Below are positions 48,060-61,159 of a stretch of DNA of 64,000 nt, in pieces. A model generated the notes under the pieces. That model was not told where the DNA came from, ran no database searches, and saw only the letters and a program-made list of their open reading frames with translations. A program made the position numbers and the translations under genes. The DNA comes from Cladosporium halotolerans (taxonomy: Eukaryota), in assembly GCF_011745625.1 (NCBI RefSeq), contig NW_027191459.1:372001-436000 (forward strand), written 5' to 3'. Numbering within the stretch: the first letter of the stretch is position 1; the number at the start of each line of letters is the position of its first letter.

Positions 48060-50200
48060 ATGGGTACTGGAAAGAAGGAGGCCACTCGTCGCGAGCGACA
48101 GGGCAAGGATGGCAAAGACGGCATGGGCAACGTCCGTGTCAAGGGCGAGAACTTCTACCGCAGTGGCAAGCGCGTAAAGCAGCTTAACATCTGGAAAGAG
48201 GGCAAGGCAGAGCACAACGCTCGTGGCGACGTAACCAAGGCCGCCAGCTATCAGAGCAAGGAGACGCCCGTTGCACGCATCGAGCCGAACAGGAAATGGT
48301 TCACCAACACTCGCGTGATCAGCCAGGACGCACTGACCGCTTTCCGAGGGGCGGTGGAAGAGCAGAAGAAGGATCCCTACTCGTTTTTGCTGAAGCAGAA
48401 CAAGCTTCCCATGAGCTTGATCAACGACAACAAGGGTAAAGAAAGAGTCGATGGTCTCCTGCAGCATGCTGCAAAGATCAAGATCGAAGGCGAAAAGTTC
48501 GGGGACACTTTTGGACCAAACGCACAAAGGAAGAGGCCTAAGCTTGCTGTCAGCTCGATCGAGGATCTGGCTGCCGCAAGCGGCAACGATCTCGAGACCT
48601 ACGATGAGAGACGAAAAGAGCAGGCCATGCTCTCTGGTCAAACTCTGGACGAAGAGCCTGAAAATGACCAAGCATATTTCTTGCCTGATGCTGGCGCGCT
48701 CACAACCGCACGAGAGGCTATCTTCACAAAAGGCCAATCCAAGCGAATCTGGAACGAACTCTACAAGGTCATCGATTCGTCGGATGTGGTCATCCATGTG
48801 CTGGACGCAAGAGATCCTCTGGGCACCCGTTGTCGGAGTATCGAAAAATACATCCGGGAAGAAGCACCTCACAAGCACCTGCTGTTCCTGCTGAACAAGT
48901 GCGATCTGGTTCCTACGAACGTAGCGGTACGTGACGATCCTTATTTTCCTTTTCCTCTAACCCTACGCCCTTTTTTCTCCTGCGCTCAGCCCGCAGATCA
49001 CGCCACAGTTCTTTGTCAGGGTACCATACCAGCGCCGCTTCTAGGCCACCATTTAATGGTTGGAATCTGTTACAACTTTGGCAGATCAATATCTCGCCCG
49101 CCCAGATCAAACAGCGTTTTGTTGTTTGGTCGCCTTAGGGATGAGAGCCTGTCCCTGTTTTGAGTAGCGATCTTGAGCCTGCGTTCCGCGCGGGCCAACG
49201 TGAAGGACTGCTTAGTCTTGGGACAAACACCTCTATTTTCTTTTTCTGGTTTTGACACATTGCATTTATTCTTGCAATCCTTGCGTTGAATTTTGTCGCT
49301 GACTCGACGCAGGCTCGCTGGGTTAAGCTCCTCTCTCGCGAATACCCTACCCTCGCCTTCCACGCCTCCATCACCAACTCTTTCGGCAAGGGCTCTCTCA
49401 TTTCTCTCCTCCGCCAATTCTCTGCCCTTCACTCCTCCCGCAAGCAAATCTCGGTCGGCTTCATTGGCTACCCGAATACCGGTAAATCCTCCATCATCAA
49501 CACACTACGCAAGAAGAAGGTCTGCAATGTCGCGCCTATTCCTGGTGAGACCAAGGTGTGGCAGTACATCACACTCATGAAGCGCATCTACCTCATCGAC
49601 TGCCCCGGTTGTGTGCCTCCTAGCATGACCGACACACCGGAAGACATCCTCCTCCGTGGTGTTGTCCGCACAGAGAATGTTGAGCACCCTGCACAATACA
49701 TTCCTGCCGTGCTCAAGCGGTGCCAGACTCGTCACCTTGAGCGCACATATGACATCAAGGGCTGGGAGGAGAAGTCTACTGCAACACCAGAAGAGGAGGC
49801 GCAGAAGACAGACAAGACCCGCGTGGACGAGTCCATACGCTTCCTTGAGCTTATCGCCAGGAAGAGCGGCAGGCTGATCAAGGGTGGCGAGGCGGACATC
49901 GACGGTATTGCCAAGCAGGTTATCAATGATTTCCTACGCGGCAAAATCCCTTGGTACATGCCGCCTCCGAAGGCCGAGGGCGCGGAGAAGGAGGAGGAGG
50001 AGACTCAAGGTCGCGATGAGAAGCTCGGTCTGACTGGCAAGAAAAGGAAGGCCGAAGATGAGGCCGAGGCTGGCGAGAGCGACGACGAGGAAGAAGCTGA
50101 CGGTAGCGGTGATGAGGAGTTCGCCGGCTTCGACGACGAAGCCGAAGGCGGTGTGAGCCTTGTCGCTGACGAGAGCAGCGAAGAGGAGGCGAAGGCTTGA
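48060..50200 (+). CDS. NOG2: Nucleolar GTP-binding protein 2 (intron 48927-49312)
   Basis: MGTGKKE, GENFYR, KGQSKRIWNELYKVIDSSDVV, NKCD, GYPNTGKSS and DCPG motifs of the circularly permuted GTPase. Confidence 0.97.
49001..49232 (+). ncRNA. snR191: Intronic box H/ACA snoRNA, snR191/U19 (SNORA74) type
   Basis: In the NOG2 intron; H box AGATCA 49083-49088, ACA 49227-49229; pockets GTCA/GTTAC and GAGT/TAGT, each 14 nt from its box, complement LSU helix 69 GUAACUAUGACUC. Confidence 0.9.
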
Positions 50201-51355
50201 GGACGTCGATCAGTAGAGTTACTATGATACCCCCGGATATATGAATGACTTCTAATGCCCGCCATACTGCTACTGGCTGCGGCTTTCGCTCATCTGGCTC
50301 CCAATCTTTGGCGTTCATAAACTTCCCGGCAAGCTCCAGTCACGACTAATGGATAAAATACCGCCAAAACCTCTTTTGGGACCCATGGCCGCCGTATGTC
50401 TAACTCAAACCACGATTTCCGCGCCACTTGGGCATCCAGCGCTCGTCGATCGTGGTACAGCAGACTAAGAACTCCCCTTTGATGGGTCGCGGCCATATGT
50501 ATGACCGTCGAGCTCAAGGATGAGGACGATAACAACGCCTGCTGACTGCTGGCGCAGCCAGTCTGGCTACGCCCACAGAACGCCCTTGCTCGGCCCCAAA
50601 GGTGCCAGTGTGTGATTTTTCATTCTGATGTGACTTATTATGCTAACGAGGACGTTGGCCTTTCCCTTCTGTCTACCATCGGGCGGGTAATGCGCTCCTA
50701 GGGAGTGTGTTGGAGCTTTACACCTCTATAGCTTGTATTCGGACACTCCTTTTGCCATGAGCTCATTGAATGGATTACTGATGACTTCGATCTGTGATGG
50801 ATGCCATGCCGCATCTGCTTAAAAGCCTTCATAACAGGACAAAATTTTCAATCACCGAACTGGTATGCGAATCTAAATCTACGGAACATATACCGCCCGG
50901 TTTAAGGTTGACTCGAGCCTTCACCCCACGCGATGTTGCAGTTCACAGCAAGCAAGCTTCGGAGTCCAGCGTCTCCACTTTCGTCCTTGCGGGGTTGTCT
51001 TGCCGGACTTGCCCAGGTGACACTTCCACCTTCTCAAAACAGAGGCACTAATCAACCGAGACATTCCTAATGCTTGGCCTATGTGTAGTACCTGCCGCTT
51101 TCCGTCTATCGGAGGCGCATCGCCATGATCGTCGGTGTTGTGGTTACACTGGGTTCCGGGATCGACAGGCACTGGTGAGGTAGTACCAATGGACATGGAT
51201 ATAGTCGTGTTATCTGCGGAGTTGAGATGCATGCAATGTGTCATTGGGAAGTGCAAAGTTTATGAGATGAGTCTGCTTGTTTTTCTCGTCGAGCGCCCTC
51301 CCATTCTCCTCCGAGTTTTGTCACTTTCTTTCCTGCTGGACACGAAGTCGAGAAC

Positions 51356-53541
51356 ATGAAATATTTTGGCGTAACGAGTACAGTATCGCTACTGGCGCTG
51401 GCAGGCCTTGGCGATGCTCAATTCCCATCTATGCCAGAAGGTGTCACCGTGAAGGAATCGAGATTCGGTGACGGGGTCAGCTTGAGTTGGAAAGAGGTAA
51501 GAAGACGGTCAGATTGATCAAGCTTTTGTACTGATGGGATCAGAATGACATTTGTGAGACCACCGAAGGCGTACGTAGCTATACCGGCTATGTCCATCTC
51601 CCACCCGGTAGTCTGGACGACTTGGGCGAAGAGCAGGACTATCCCATCAACACCTTTTTCTGGTTCTTCGAAGCTCGCAAGAGCCCCGAGAATGCTCCTC
51701 TGGCTATATGGATGAACGGCGGGCCAGGTAGCTCCTCTATGCTTGGTCTTTTCGTTGAGAATGGACCATGCTATGTTCACTCCGACTCAAACTCTACTTA
51801 CTTGAGCGAATATTCATGGAGTAACGAGGTCAACATGCTATTCCTGGACCAACCCGTGCAGGTGGGCCTCAGCTACGATACTTTGCAGAATATCACGAAC
51901 AACCTTGTGACGGGTGATGTCGAGCTGCTGAACGACACTGTGCCGGAGCAGAACGCTACATTCTTAGTTGGCACGTACCCGTCGCAGGATGGTAATCAAA
52001 CTGCTCTGGGGTCTGTGAATGCCGCCAAAGCTGCCTGGCATTTCTTGCAGACTTTCACTCAGGAGTTCCCGGCGTACTATCCTAACGACTCTCGCATCTC
52101 TATAGCTACCGAATCCTATGTAAGCCCGACTGACCTCAAATATCGATTGAACGAAATTGACAAAACATAGGGTGGCAGATATGGTCCCGCATTCGCATCT
52201 TATTTTGAGGAACAGAACCAGAGAATTGAAAATGGGACGTTCACCGACGATGACGGGGAGAACGCGATTCTCCACATCGATACTTTGATGATCATCAACG
52301 GTTGCATTGACCGTTTGGTACAGTGGCCTGCATACCCGACGATGGCATTTAACAACACCTACGGCATTGAAGCGGTGAATGAAACCCAATGGCGCAATAT
52401 GACGGACTCTTTCGAGCGCCCTGGAGCTTGCAAAGATCAGATCATCGATTGCAGAGAAGCCGCAGCTGTCGGAGATCCTCAGAATCTGGGTACCAACGCC
52501 ACCGTCAACGACATCTGCGAAGCGGCCGAGACGTTCTGTCGAGCTAACGTCCTCAATCCGTACGTGCTGTACAGCGGACGAAATTACTACGATATCGCTA
52601 CTCTCGATCCGGCTCCCACCCCGCCATCTTTCTACGAGGGTTTCCTAAACCAACAGCATGTGCAGGAAGGTATGGGCGTCCCACTGAACTGGACGCAGAG
52701 CTCAAGCACCGTGAGCGCGGCGTTCAGAGGTATTGGTGACTATCCGCGCGATGGCTGGCTCGATGACCTCGCATATCTACTTGACAACGGAATCAAAGTC
52801 GCGCTCGTGTACGGAGACAGGGATTACGCGTGCAATTGGTGGGTTTTCCAAAATCCCAGGATACCTTGCGGAATCACTTACTAACGCCACCCGCCCAGGT
52901 ACGGCGGCGAGCTCGTCTCCCTCGCAATCAATTACTCTGCCACAGGCGCCTTTGCTGCTTCCGGCTACGCCGGCATTCAGACCAACGCCACGTACACAGG
53001 CGGCCAAGTCCGCCAACACGGCAACCTCTCCTTCTCGCGCGTCTACCAAGCGGGACATGAAGTGCCCGCCTACCAGCCAGAGACAGCATACGAGATCTTC
53101 ATGCGGGTGCTCTTCAACAAAGATGTCGCCACCGGCCAAATCACGACTGGCGCAGGTAGCAATTACTCCAGCTCCGGGCCCGCGGACACGCTCGCGTTCC
53201 GCAACGAGCAGTTCGAGCAGCCGCTGCAGTTCTGCTACACACTCGATCCCGGCTCGACGTGCACAGAGGAGCAGATCGAGAGCGTATTGAACGGCTCGGC
53301 GACAATCTGTAGATATATCGTCAAGGACCGCAATTCGACGCAGCTGTTCCCGGAGTTGATGGGCACGCTGGGCGAGGAGGGATGCGGTAGCGGCAGCCCT
53401 GGGAATGGCACTTTGGGCGGCAACGGTACGATGGGAGTCGGTGGGTCGCCCTCACCATCCCCGTACGAGGGTGATGCGCGGAGTCTGTCGGTGTCCTTGT
53501 TCGCCGTCGTTCTGGGATTTATGGCCCAGACGCTGCTGTGA
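51356..53541 (+). CDS. Secreted serine carboxypeptidase (S10), probable GPI anchor (4 exons)
   Basis: Signal peptide, [35 protein letters not shown] and AGHEVP motifs; hydrophobic C-terminus. Confidence 0.93.
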
Positions 53542-53569
53542 TGGGGTGACCGCACTCGTCACGCCAGGA

Positions 53570-53876
53570 TCCTAAGCGCTCATATGGGAGGTGCTCTCCG
53601 GGAATTGGCAAGTCCGGGGAGCTGCTATCAGCTATTTCGTTGTTATTCTACTTACTTGGTCCTTAGAAAGTACGAACGTTCGCCAGGATTTAGTGAAGCA
53701 TCTCCCCATTCTGATAACGTCGGATTAGTATAAGGGAGTCTCTGGCCGCAGCACAGTGAGTATCTTATAGCGCGGAACGTTCGTCCTAAGCGCTCATATG
53801 AGAGGTGCTCTCCGGGGAATGGCAAGCCCAGAGAGCTGCTGTCAGCAGTCTCATTGTTATCCTATTTACTTGGTCC
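53570..53876 (+). repeat. Diverged ~93-bp direct repeat (53570-53662 and 53784-53876)
   Basis: Ungapped manual alignment gives about 13 mismatches, mostly transitions. Confidence 0.9.
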
Positions 53877-55054
53877 AAAGAAGATTTTGATTTGAGTCGG
53901 CTACTGGTTGTTGGCTTTTTGGCCTGTTTTCTTGATGTGGTTTTGATTTCCTGTATGAATCTGTCGCCTTCGAGTTTTGACTCTCTCGCCGGTAAGCATC
54001 ACATTTGAAACCTCTACGCGTGATGATAGGAGCTCAAATGGGTGTTTATTGGCGGAGATGCGTGTTCGACGTCGAGAATGTCGAGCATCCCCAGCGCAAT
54101 CAAGCCTTCTACCGTCCTATCATCCCTGCCGAGCTTATAAGTATCCACCCATCAACCAGAGTGGCATCGCCATGTTTCCCCGGCTTTCTCTGGTGATTGT
54201 CGCACTGAATATCTATAGGAGATAGTAGTACCTCCATCGCGTAGCTTTCGACGGAGAGGCTGCTGCTTCCTAAGCAAGTGCCCGCACTTGTATCCCCAAT
54301 ATGATTCGATCTCTCATCGTTCTACCATCCTTCCCAGGCCCAAATCTCCACTCGTAATCCGGGAGTTTATGGTGTCGTATTGCTTTGCCGGCACATTCTG
54401 GCGGAAACTGTCCCCAATATCCACGGGAGATGGTAGTGCCTCATACTCGTATTTTGATTACGGAGAAGCTTTTCCATCAAGCACACGCCGAGAAAAGTAA
54501 GCCAGCATGTTTCGACATATGCTCATTCTGATCTTTAGGGGCTCATATAGCTCAATCTCGGTGGGGCGTAGCCCTCCGTGACAATTTGCCCTCAACAGAA
54601 AGAGCGCGTTCCCTCGGCCATCACCGCGAACAGTATGATTTCCAGCGACACCGGCAACTGCAACGAGGCCGCGGCTGACATGCTGGCATGGCCGCGCTGG
54701 ATCATCCCGGTCTCGCCGGGACCCCTATCGCGGGTACTATATACTCTCAGAGTAGGTGCGACCCCTCCATAATCGTCGTAGATTACAGGAAACCTCAATG
54801 GAACTATTCAGACAGGCAAAAGAAAAAACAACGCATAGGAAATTTGCGTGGAAACGCCAAAAAGTGCGAGCGGCAATGAGGAGGTATAATCGTGCTGCAT
54901 CGTGCACGCGTGAGGGCGAAGTCAGTCCAGTCGCCTAAGCCACACCGCACCGCACCGCCACACGCCAACTTTCCCATCTCTCGTCCTCTCAAACCCATAT
55001 CTCCCTCAACCACCTCACCTCCACCTTCACCTCCAAAACACGACCAACGCAACC

Positions 55055-55465
55055 ATGCGCCCTACCCACCGCCTCCTCCCCCTCCGGACCCTCCGCACCT
55101 ACACAACGCACCCCCCACCCGCCCGCCCCTTCCAACCCGGCCCTCCCCCTCCTCGCCCTGAACCCAAGACACCCACCAGCACGACGACCACTACCTCAGC
55201 ACCCTCCAATCCCAACCCGCGCCCGGAACCCCCCAACCCCGCCCGCGGCGCCGCCGCTTCTCTCCGCGCAGCAACAGAAGGCGTCCTGGACCCGCGATAC
55301 CGCGCCGCGTCGCGGAGGGTGATCGCGATTATCTGCGCGGTGCCGATTTTCTTGGTCACGAGCTGGGTGCTGTTCCAGAGGAGGTTTATGGGGGTGGAGC
55401 AGAAGCACTTCAAGGGCCGTGAGGGGGCTGTGGCTGAGGGGGTCGAGGTCGGGGAGGGGAAGTGA
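55055..55465 (+). CDS. Small single-TM protein, probably mitochondrial
   Basis: aaccATG context; presequence-like MRPTHRLLPLRTLRTYTT; one TM segment (VIAIICAVPIFLVTSWVLF). Confidence 0.75.
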   Translation: MRPTHRLLPLRTLRTYTTHPPPARPFQPGPPPPRPEPKTPTSTTTTTSAPSNPNPRPEPPNPARGAAASLRAATEGVLDPRYRAASRRVIAIICAVPIFLVTSWVLFQRRFMGVEQKHFKGREGAVAEGVEVGEGK

Positions 55466-55617
55466 GGGGAGGAGTATGCGGAGTGTGGGAGTTGGTATTA
55501 GGACTGCTATTACTGCTACGACGCTGTGAACTAAGAAAACGCTGGAACAAGACGCTTGGAACGCGGAGATTCGCTGAAGGAAAAACGGGAAGGTCAGGCA
55601 ACGTTTTCGCGCCAGAA

Positions 55618-56804
55618 TCACCACGCGCAGTGTCCGCCGTCGATCCGCAGGTCGCTGCCGGTCATGAAGCTGCTGGCGTCGCTGATGCAGAAGACGGCGG
55701 CGCCGCGGTACTCCTCGGGCACGGAGAGCTTGCCGAGCATGTTCTGCGTGGGCCAGTCGCGGCGGCGCTCCGGGTACTTCTCGAAGAGCGCCTCGACCAT
55801 GGCCGTCTGGATGTAGCCGGGCGAGATGGTGTTGACGCGGATGCCGAAGGAGCCCCATTCGGAGGCCAGGTTGCGGCTGAGCTGCAGGACGGCGGCTTTG
55901 GAGGCGTTGTAGGCGGGGCAGATGAGGCCCTGAGAGGGTGTGTTAGTTTTGTGATGGGAGTTGGGATGTGAAGGAGGAGAGCGAACGTACTCGGTTGGCG
56001 ACTGTGCCGCTCATGGAGGCGATCATTGCGATGCTGCCGCCGTTGCCCCAGCGCATCATCTCTTTTGCGACTGCTTGTGCGGTCATGAAAACACCTGGGA
56101 TAAAGTCAGCTGCCTGTATCGCAAAGAACATGATCGTCCCAGCTACACACCAGTAACGTTGACCTCGAACATCATGTTTGCATCTGCCTGCGTGTAGTCG
56201 ATCGCCGGAGTTTCCTGCTGAATGCCGGCAGCAGCGATGAGGCCGTCCAGTCTGCCCTGCAGGTCGCTGATGTTCTTGACCACCGCATTCAGTCCTTGGA
56301 CGTCTCGGACGTCGATTTGGCGGTAGTGGAGCGTGTTGCCTGGAAATTCAATCAGCCAAATGTTCAAGAGATAACCTCGAGAGAACACTCACCAAGCTCC
56401 TCAGCCGCTCTCTGTTGCACCCTGTAGAAATCCGCACTCGGCTCGGGGAGACGGTCAAGCGCGTAGACGGTTGCACCAGCCTCGAGCAGAGCTTCAGCCT
56501 GGACGAGACCAAGACCTCTAGCGGCTCCAGTGACGAGGACGACTTTGTCATTCAGGTTGAACTCGGGCAGACGCTTCGTGGTACCCAGGTACGATCCGGA
56601 TTTGTAGTTGTCCCTGAGCGCAGCGGCCTCCTCGACGGGAGGGTCTGGGGGCGGGCGGTCGGAGACAATGGGGTTTCCGCGAGGTGGGTCGCGGTGGTCG
56701 TGCATGTCGGTGCGAATGGAGGTCAAGGGAGCGATCTTCTTAGCGACCATTGGGGCGCGGAACTGGCGCAGAGCGCGAGGGGCGGAGCGCATGAGGGAGG
56801 CCAT
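55618..56804 (-). CDS. SDR, D-arabinitol 2-dehydrogenase/sorbose reductase-like, with presequence (4 exons)
   Basis: TGAARGLG, IAAAGIQ, IASMSG, YNASK, VNTISPGYI and TGSDLRIDGG motifs; ATG at 56804. Confidence 0.9.
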
Positions 56805-57826
56805 AATGAGGGCGTTAGGTGTTTTCCTGCTTTGTGGGCTTTTGCGACAGCGAAGAGGTGGTCTTGTAGTTGAACTGTCGAATGTGTATCGCTTTGGAGG
56901 TTGAGATATGCTTTTGTTCTTTGAACACGAGAGAAGACTAACGACAGAGATGAGGAGAGGAATGATGATCGAGGGTCCGGCAACAGGAGGACCGAGATAC
57001 CTTATACCTAGCTGTACCTGACTTGACCGCCCAAAAAACAAAGCCCAAGCCTCTATCCTGATCCGCACAACCCGTGGCTCGCGCGTATTCTGCTCCGCGA
57101 GACCATTGACTCCGAAGGCCGAGAGGCAGGCACAGCCGCCACGGCTATGCTCGAAATGTCCATCCGGCGGGCGGCCTTGCGGCGACGGGAAGGGCGCCGT
57201 GAGCGGTGCCGGGGAGAACAAACGAGTGGCAACGCGTGTCCAGGGCATAACGGGCGTGTCGCGTGGGCAGATGGCAAGCAGAAAGCAAGGCCTGGACCAG
57301 AGCCCAAGACCTTCCCCGCCCTTCCAGTGCCCTGTGTTTGGGGTATGAGCTGAGGTCTGGGAACGGATTACCGGTTACGGAAGACCGGCAGGCAGTGGCC
57401 GGCCGGGACTAGCATTGGCATGAGGCTGCCGGCATATCGGTGAGCGCGGACTGGAGCTTGCTGCGGCGGCCGTTGGGTGCATAGCGATGGTCGGTTGGCC
57501 GTTCCGCAGGGTCTCGTCCACGGGGATCGCGTGTGTTGTGCAGGCGGATGTCCTCTCCCCGGCGCTTGCAGGTGAGGCCGGCTGTCTGGACGGCCATCGC
57601 CCGCATTTTCCCCAGGCTCGCTGGCTTGGCGGGGCTCCAGGCGATCGTGCGCTTGCAGGCCACGCTGTTCATGCACCCCAGCCGCTGGGAATAACATCCT
57701 TCGAGAACCGACTGGACTCGACGGGGGCCTGTCTATCCTGACTCGCGCTGACCGGTGGTGCTGCTATTCTTGGCTAATTGCAGCTCGCCTACGACGGTGG
57801 TTGTTTGTGTCGGCCGGGAGCCTATC

Positions 57827-59280
57827 ATGCCGTCGCCCTCATCGCTGCTCACGAAGACTGCGATTGGGTGCGCTGTGGCTGTAGCCGTCTACGCGATCAT
57901 CTTGGGTGCTCTCTTGACCCCGACCCTTCAACGATTGTAATTGTGAATCCAACGACACTTATCACTGTCTTGAGAGGGTACTGACGACGACAGTGCTCTG
58001 TATGCCCATAAGATCAACTCGCTGTTCTGGCATGATATCAACGATGCCGAACAGTTTGGATTTTCGAGAGGCCAAGTGACGCCGTTCACCATACCAACAC
58101 CGGACGGTGAGACGCTATACGCATGGCACGTCTTGCCTATCGATACGTACTTGCGGAATGAGCAAGTTCTCTCGCAAGGAGAACGACCCAGTGGGCCGGT
58201 CGCGGAGTTTGCAGACACTTTGCAGTTCAAATTACTTGCATCGACGCAACAACCGGCACGAGTCGTAATCAATTGTAAGAAACGATGGACTTCTCAATGT
58301 TCACCTGCGATCGACAACGCTGACACGTCCCGGCGAATAAGTCCATGGAAATGCCGGCCACGTCGCTCAAGGTTGGCGTACCGATACATATAGGAATCTC
58401 GCTCTGCAACCCAACACTCACGTTGTAACCATCGACTATCGAGGATTCGGACATTCAACAGGCTCGCCCACCGAAGCCGGCCTCATCGCCGACGGCACTG
58501 CGATCGTCAACTGGGTAATGCACACCGCCAAAATTCCCCCCGAACGCATCGTCCTCCTCGGCCAGTCCCTCGGGACAGCGGTATCGAGCGCCGTAGCCCT
58601 CAACTTCGCCAATCCCTCGAGCGAGCTCATCCCACGCAGCGACCCTGAATCGTCCTCACTGCTGAACTCCGGCGATCAAATAGCCACTCGCACCGCCTTC
58701 GCAGGAGTCATCCTCGTCGCGCCCTTCAGCTCCCTCCCATCCCTCCTACTAACGTACCGCCTCGGCGGCACCATCCCGCTCCTCCTCCCTCTCCGCCCGT
58801 TCCCAAAGCTCGGCTACGCTCTCACCAGCCGCATGACGGATATCTGGCCCAGCGCTTCACGGCTCGCAGCATACTACAACGGTTTCTCTGCCAACCAGGA
58901 TCTCCTCACGCACAAAGTCGACGATCTGACTGGCGACGGCTCGATCGCAACCCGCGAAATGGGTGCGCTGCAGATCATCCACGCGAAAACGGACATGGAC
59001 ATCTCGTTCCGGCAGACGGAGATAATTTGCGCGGAGATTCTGGGAGACGAGGGGAAGTGTGTTGCTGGTGATGGTGGGCTTTTGTTAGATGTGAAGGAGG
59101 CGGGGAAGCCGAGGGTGAGGGTGCAGATTGTGGAGCATGGAGGTGAGTTTTCGATCGCGTGGTGGTGAGTGTATTTGGACTGAGATTTGCTGACGTGATG
59201 ATGCAGGGCATAATCGGATCGTGACTTATTCACCGGTTGCCTTGGCTGTGGCGAGAGCTGTTGAAGGCGCTTTTGCATAG
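57827..59280 (+). CDS. Membrane-anchored alpha/beta hydrolase (ABHD12/BEM46-like), 4 exons
   Basis: N-terminal TM, TPDGETLYAWH, HGNAG, IDYRGFGHSTG.PTE, GQSLG nucleophile and spliced GGHN. Confidence 0.9.
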
Positions 59281-61159
59281 CCGACTGCTCCATCGCATGC
59301 GGAGATTGTACATACAGGCTTTGGTGCGCTTGATCGTATGCGCAACGTCCTGCATGCAGCAATTGCCTTGCATAATTTGAATCAAGCGATGGGTACATAT
59401 TTCCCGCATTGCACGCAACCCGGAGCTGCTTCGATCATACATAACAATGAGGTCGATAAGCAATGTTCGCAGAGACAAGAGACCTGCATCGTCCACGAAC
59501 AGCACTCCAAGCTCATACCATCTGCCTTAGACGCCTGAGATCCTTCATTTCCTACGAGAGATACATCAGATCCGTGTACACAACACCTTGTTTCAGCTAA
59601 TGTCATCATGCCTAGATTTACGATGTTGAGTGATTCTCTTGCGAAGCATAGAAACCGATCCTGCACAAGCTCCATTTGAAGCTGCTGTAATCGAGCACAG
59701 ACTACCCAAAATGCGTTGTCCTTCAGAAGAAAAGCGAAACTTCTCTCGCATAGGGAAACCGTTGACAATGGCTCGAAAATCGTTGATAATGCTAATTTGA
59801 TTCGCTTAGTCTTAATCTCCGTCTTCGCTTCTTCATCAGTCACTCGCAGACGAAGTTGTGCCTATCTCGCCCGGACTGTCTACACTCACTGGACCCTGGA
59901 GAAGCAGCCTCGTGCCTCGAGAATAGATTTACACTTGAAGCTGCTATCATCATTCAAAAAATATCGTTATCTCTCATCTCCCTGAGAGCAACAGCCATGT
60001 GCGTCATAGATGGACTTGCATTTGTTGCTGCCATCAAGTGGTCTCGGAAGAGGTGGACCTTCGCAGCTTGGGCGTTGCCCATGCTCATCGCGACTAGCGA
60101 CACAGGTGTCCCGTCGAAAAAAAGAACGAGTTGCCAGGTTCTCGGTCCTAGGCTAATAAGGTAGAGAAACGCTCTAAAACAAGGCGCTAGGCCGATTCGA
60201 GCGAGGCTACTGCGGTGGCAGTTCCGGCCGTTCGAATGACAGGAAGGGAAGAGCTTCTCAGCGGCGCCTCGAAGACAGCCAGGCTGCGGAAGTAGACGAC
60301 GTCGACGAGAGTGTTGGGTCGCTTTATAAACGCACGAGTTAGTTTCCTGCGGAGGCTGTCGACGACGTATTACATGTTGAACATGGTGCGCTGCCCAAAT
60401 GGCCTCAGGCCGAGAGGGAAGAGTGGGCAGAAGCGATGGACGAAGTCACGGAATGTCACACATAGTTTGCTCAGACTGCTTGCCTCCGATACTTTTCAGA
60501 AAATAATCGCACACAAAGCTGCTACCATCAAGCATGAGATAATGAGGCCATCTGCTGCCCTTGAGAGAAGCACTCGCATGCTTCGCTTGCTAAGTTGCCC
60601 TTGGAGCTACTACCAACGCACCCATACTGAGATTAGCTAGTTGTCTTGAGAGAGTGTGTGAGGGGGAGAGAGATGGAGAGCTTCATTCCTCCTCACTAGG
60701 ATGAGCACTTGGAGTCGCTGCCATCACGTATAGACTCAAGCGAACGAATGCTCCCCCTGAGACAAACGAACACAGATAATTTCATGTCTCCCACGTAGAT
60801 CTGCACTTCGTGCTGCTGTCATCACCTATAGACTACCTGGAATGGCTGCTTCCACTGAGAGAGCCAGCCTTGCATCTCACTCGCAAAGTTGCACTTCATG
60901 CTGCTACCATCGGGCATAGACGATGAACATTGATTGCTTCTCACAAGAGAAACAGCCATCTTTCTCACTCGCAAAATCACACCTTATGCTGCTACCATCA
61001 CGCATAGAACACTGAGAGACTAAGCATGCCGCTGAGATGTTCATTTTTATTTCGACTGTCGACCGCCCTCTCCGCCCCTCTGCCCCCTCCCCCACGCTCC
61101 TCTCTTCCGCTGCCTCCGCGCTGCCCGGGCCCCCGTCTCTGAGAAAGAAAAAAAAAAAC

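Noticed and set aside
49255..49259. Alternative ACA box for the snoRNA
   Set aside because: ACA at 49227-49229 gives the canonical 14-nt pocket spacing and directly follows the hairpin
53570..53876. CRISPR-like or LTR interpretation of the direct repeat
   Set aside because: Only two diverged copies, eukaryotic context, and no TG...CA ends or internal coding sequence
59382..59843. 153-aa minus-strand ORF
   Set aside because: Non-ATG start and no motif or splice support
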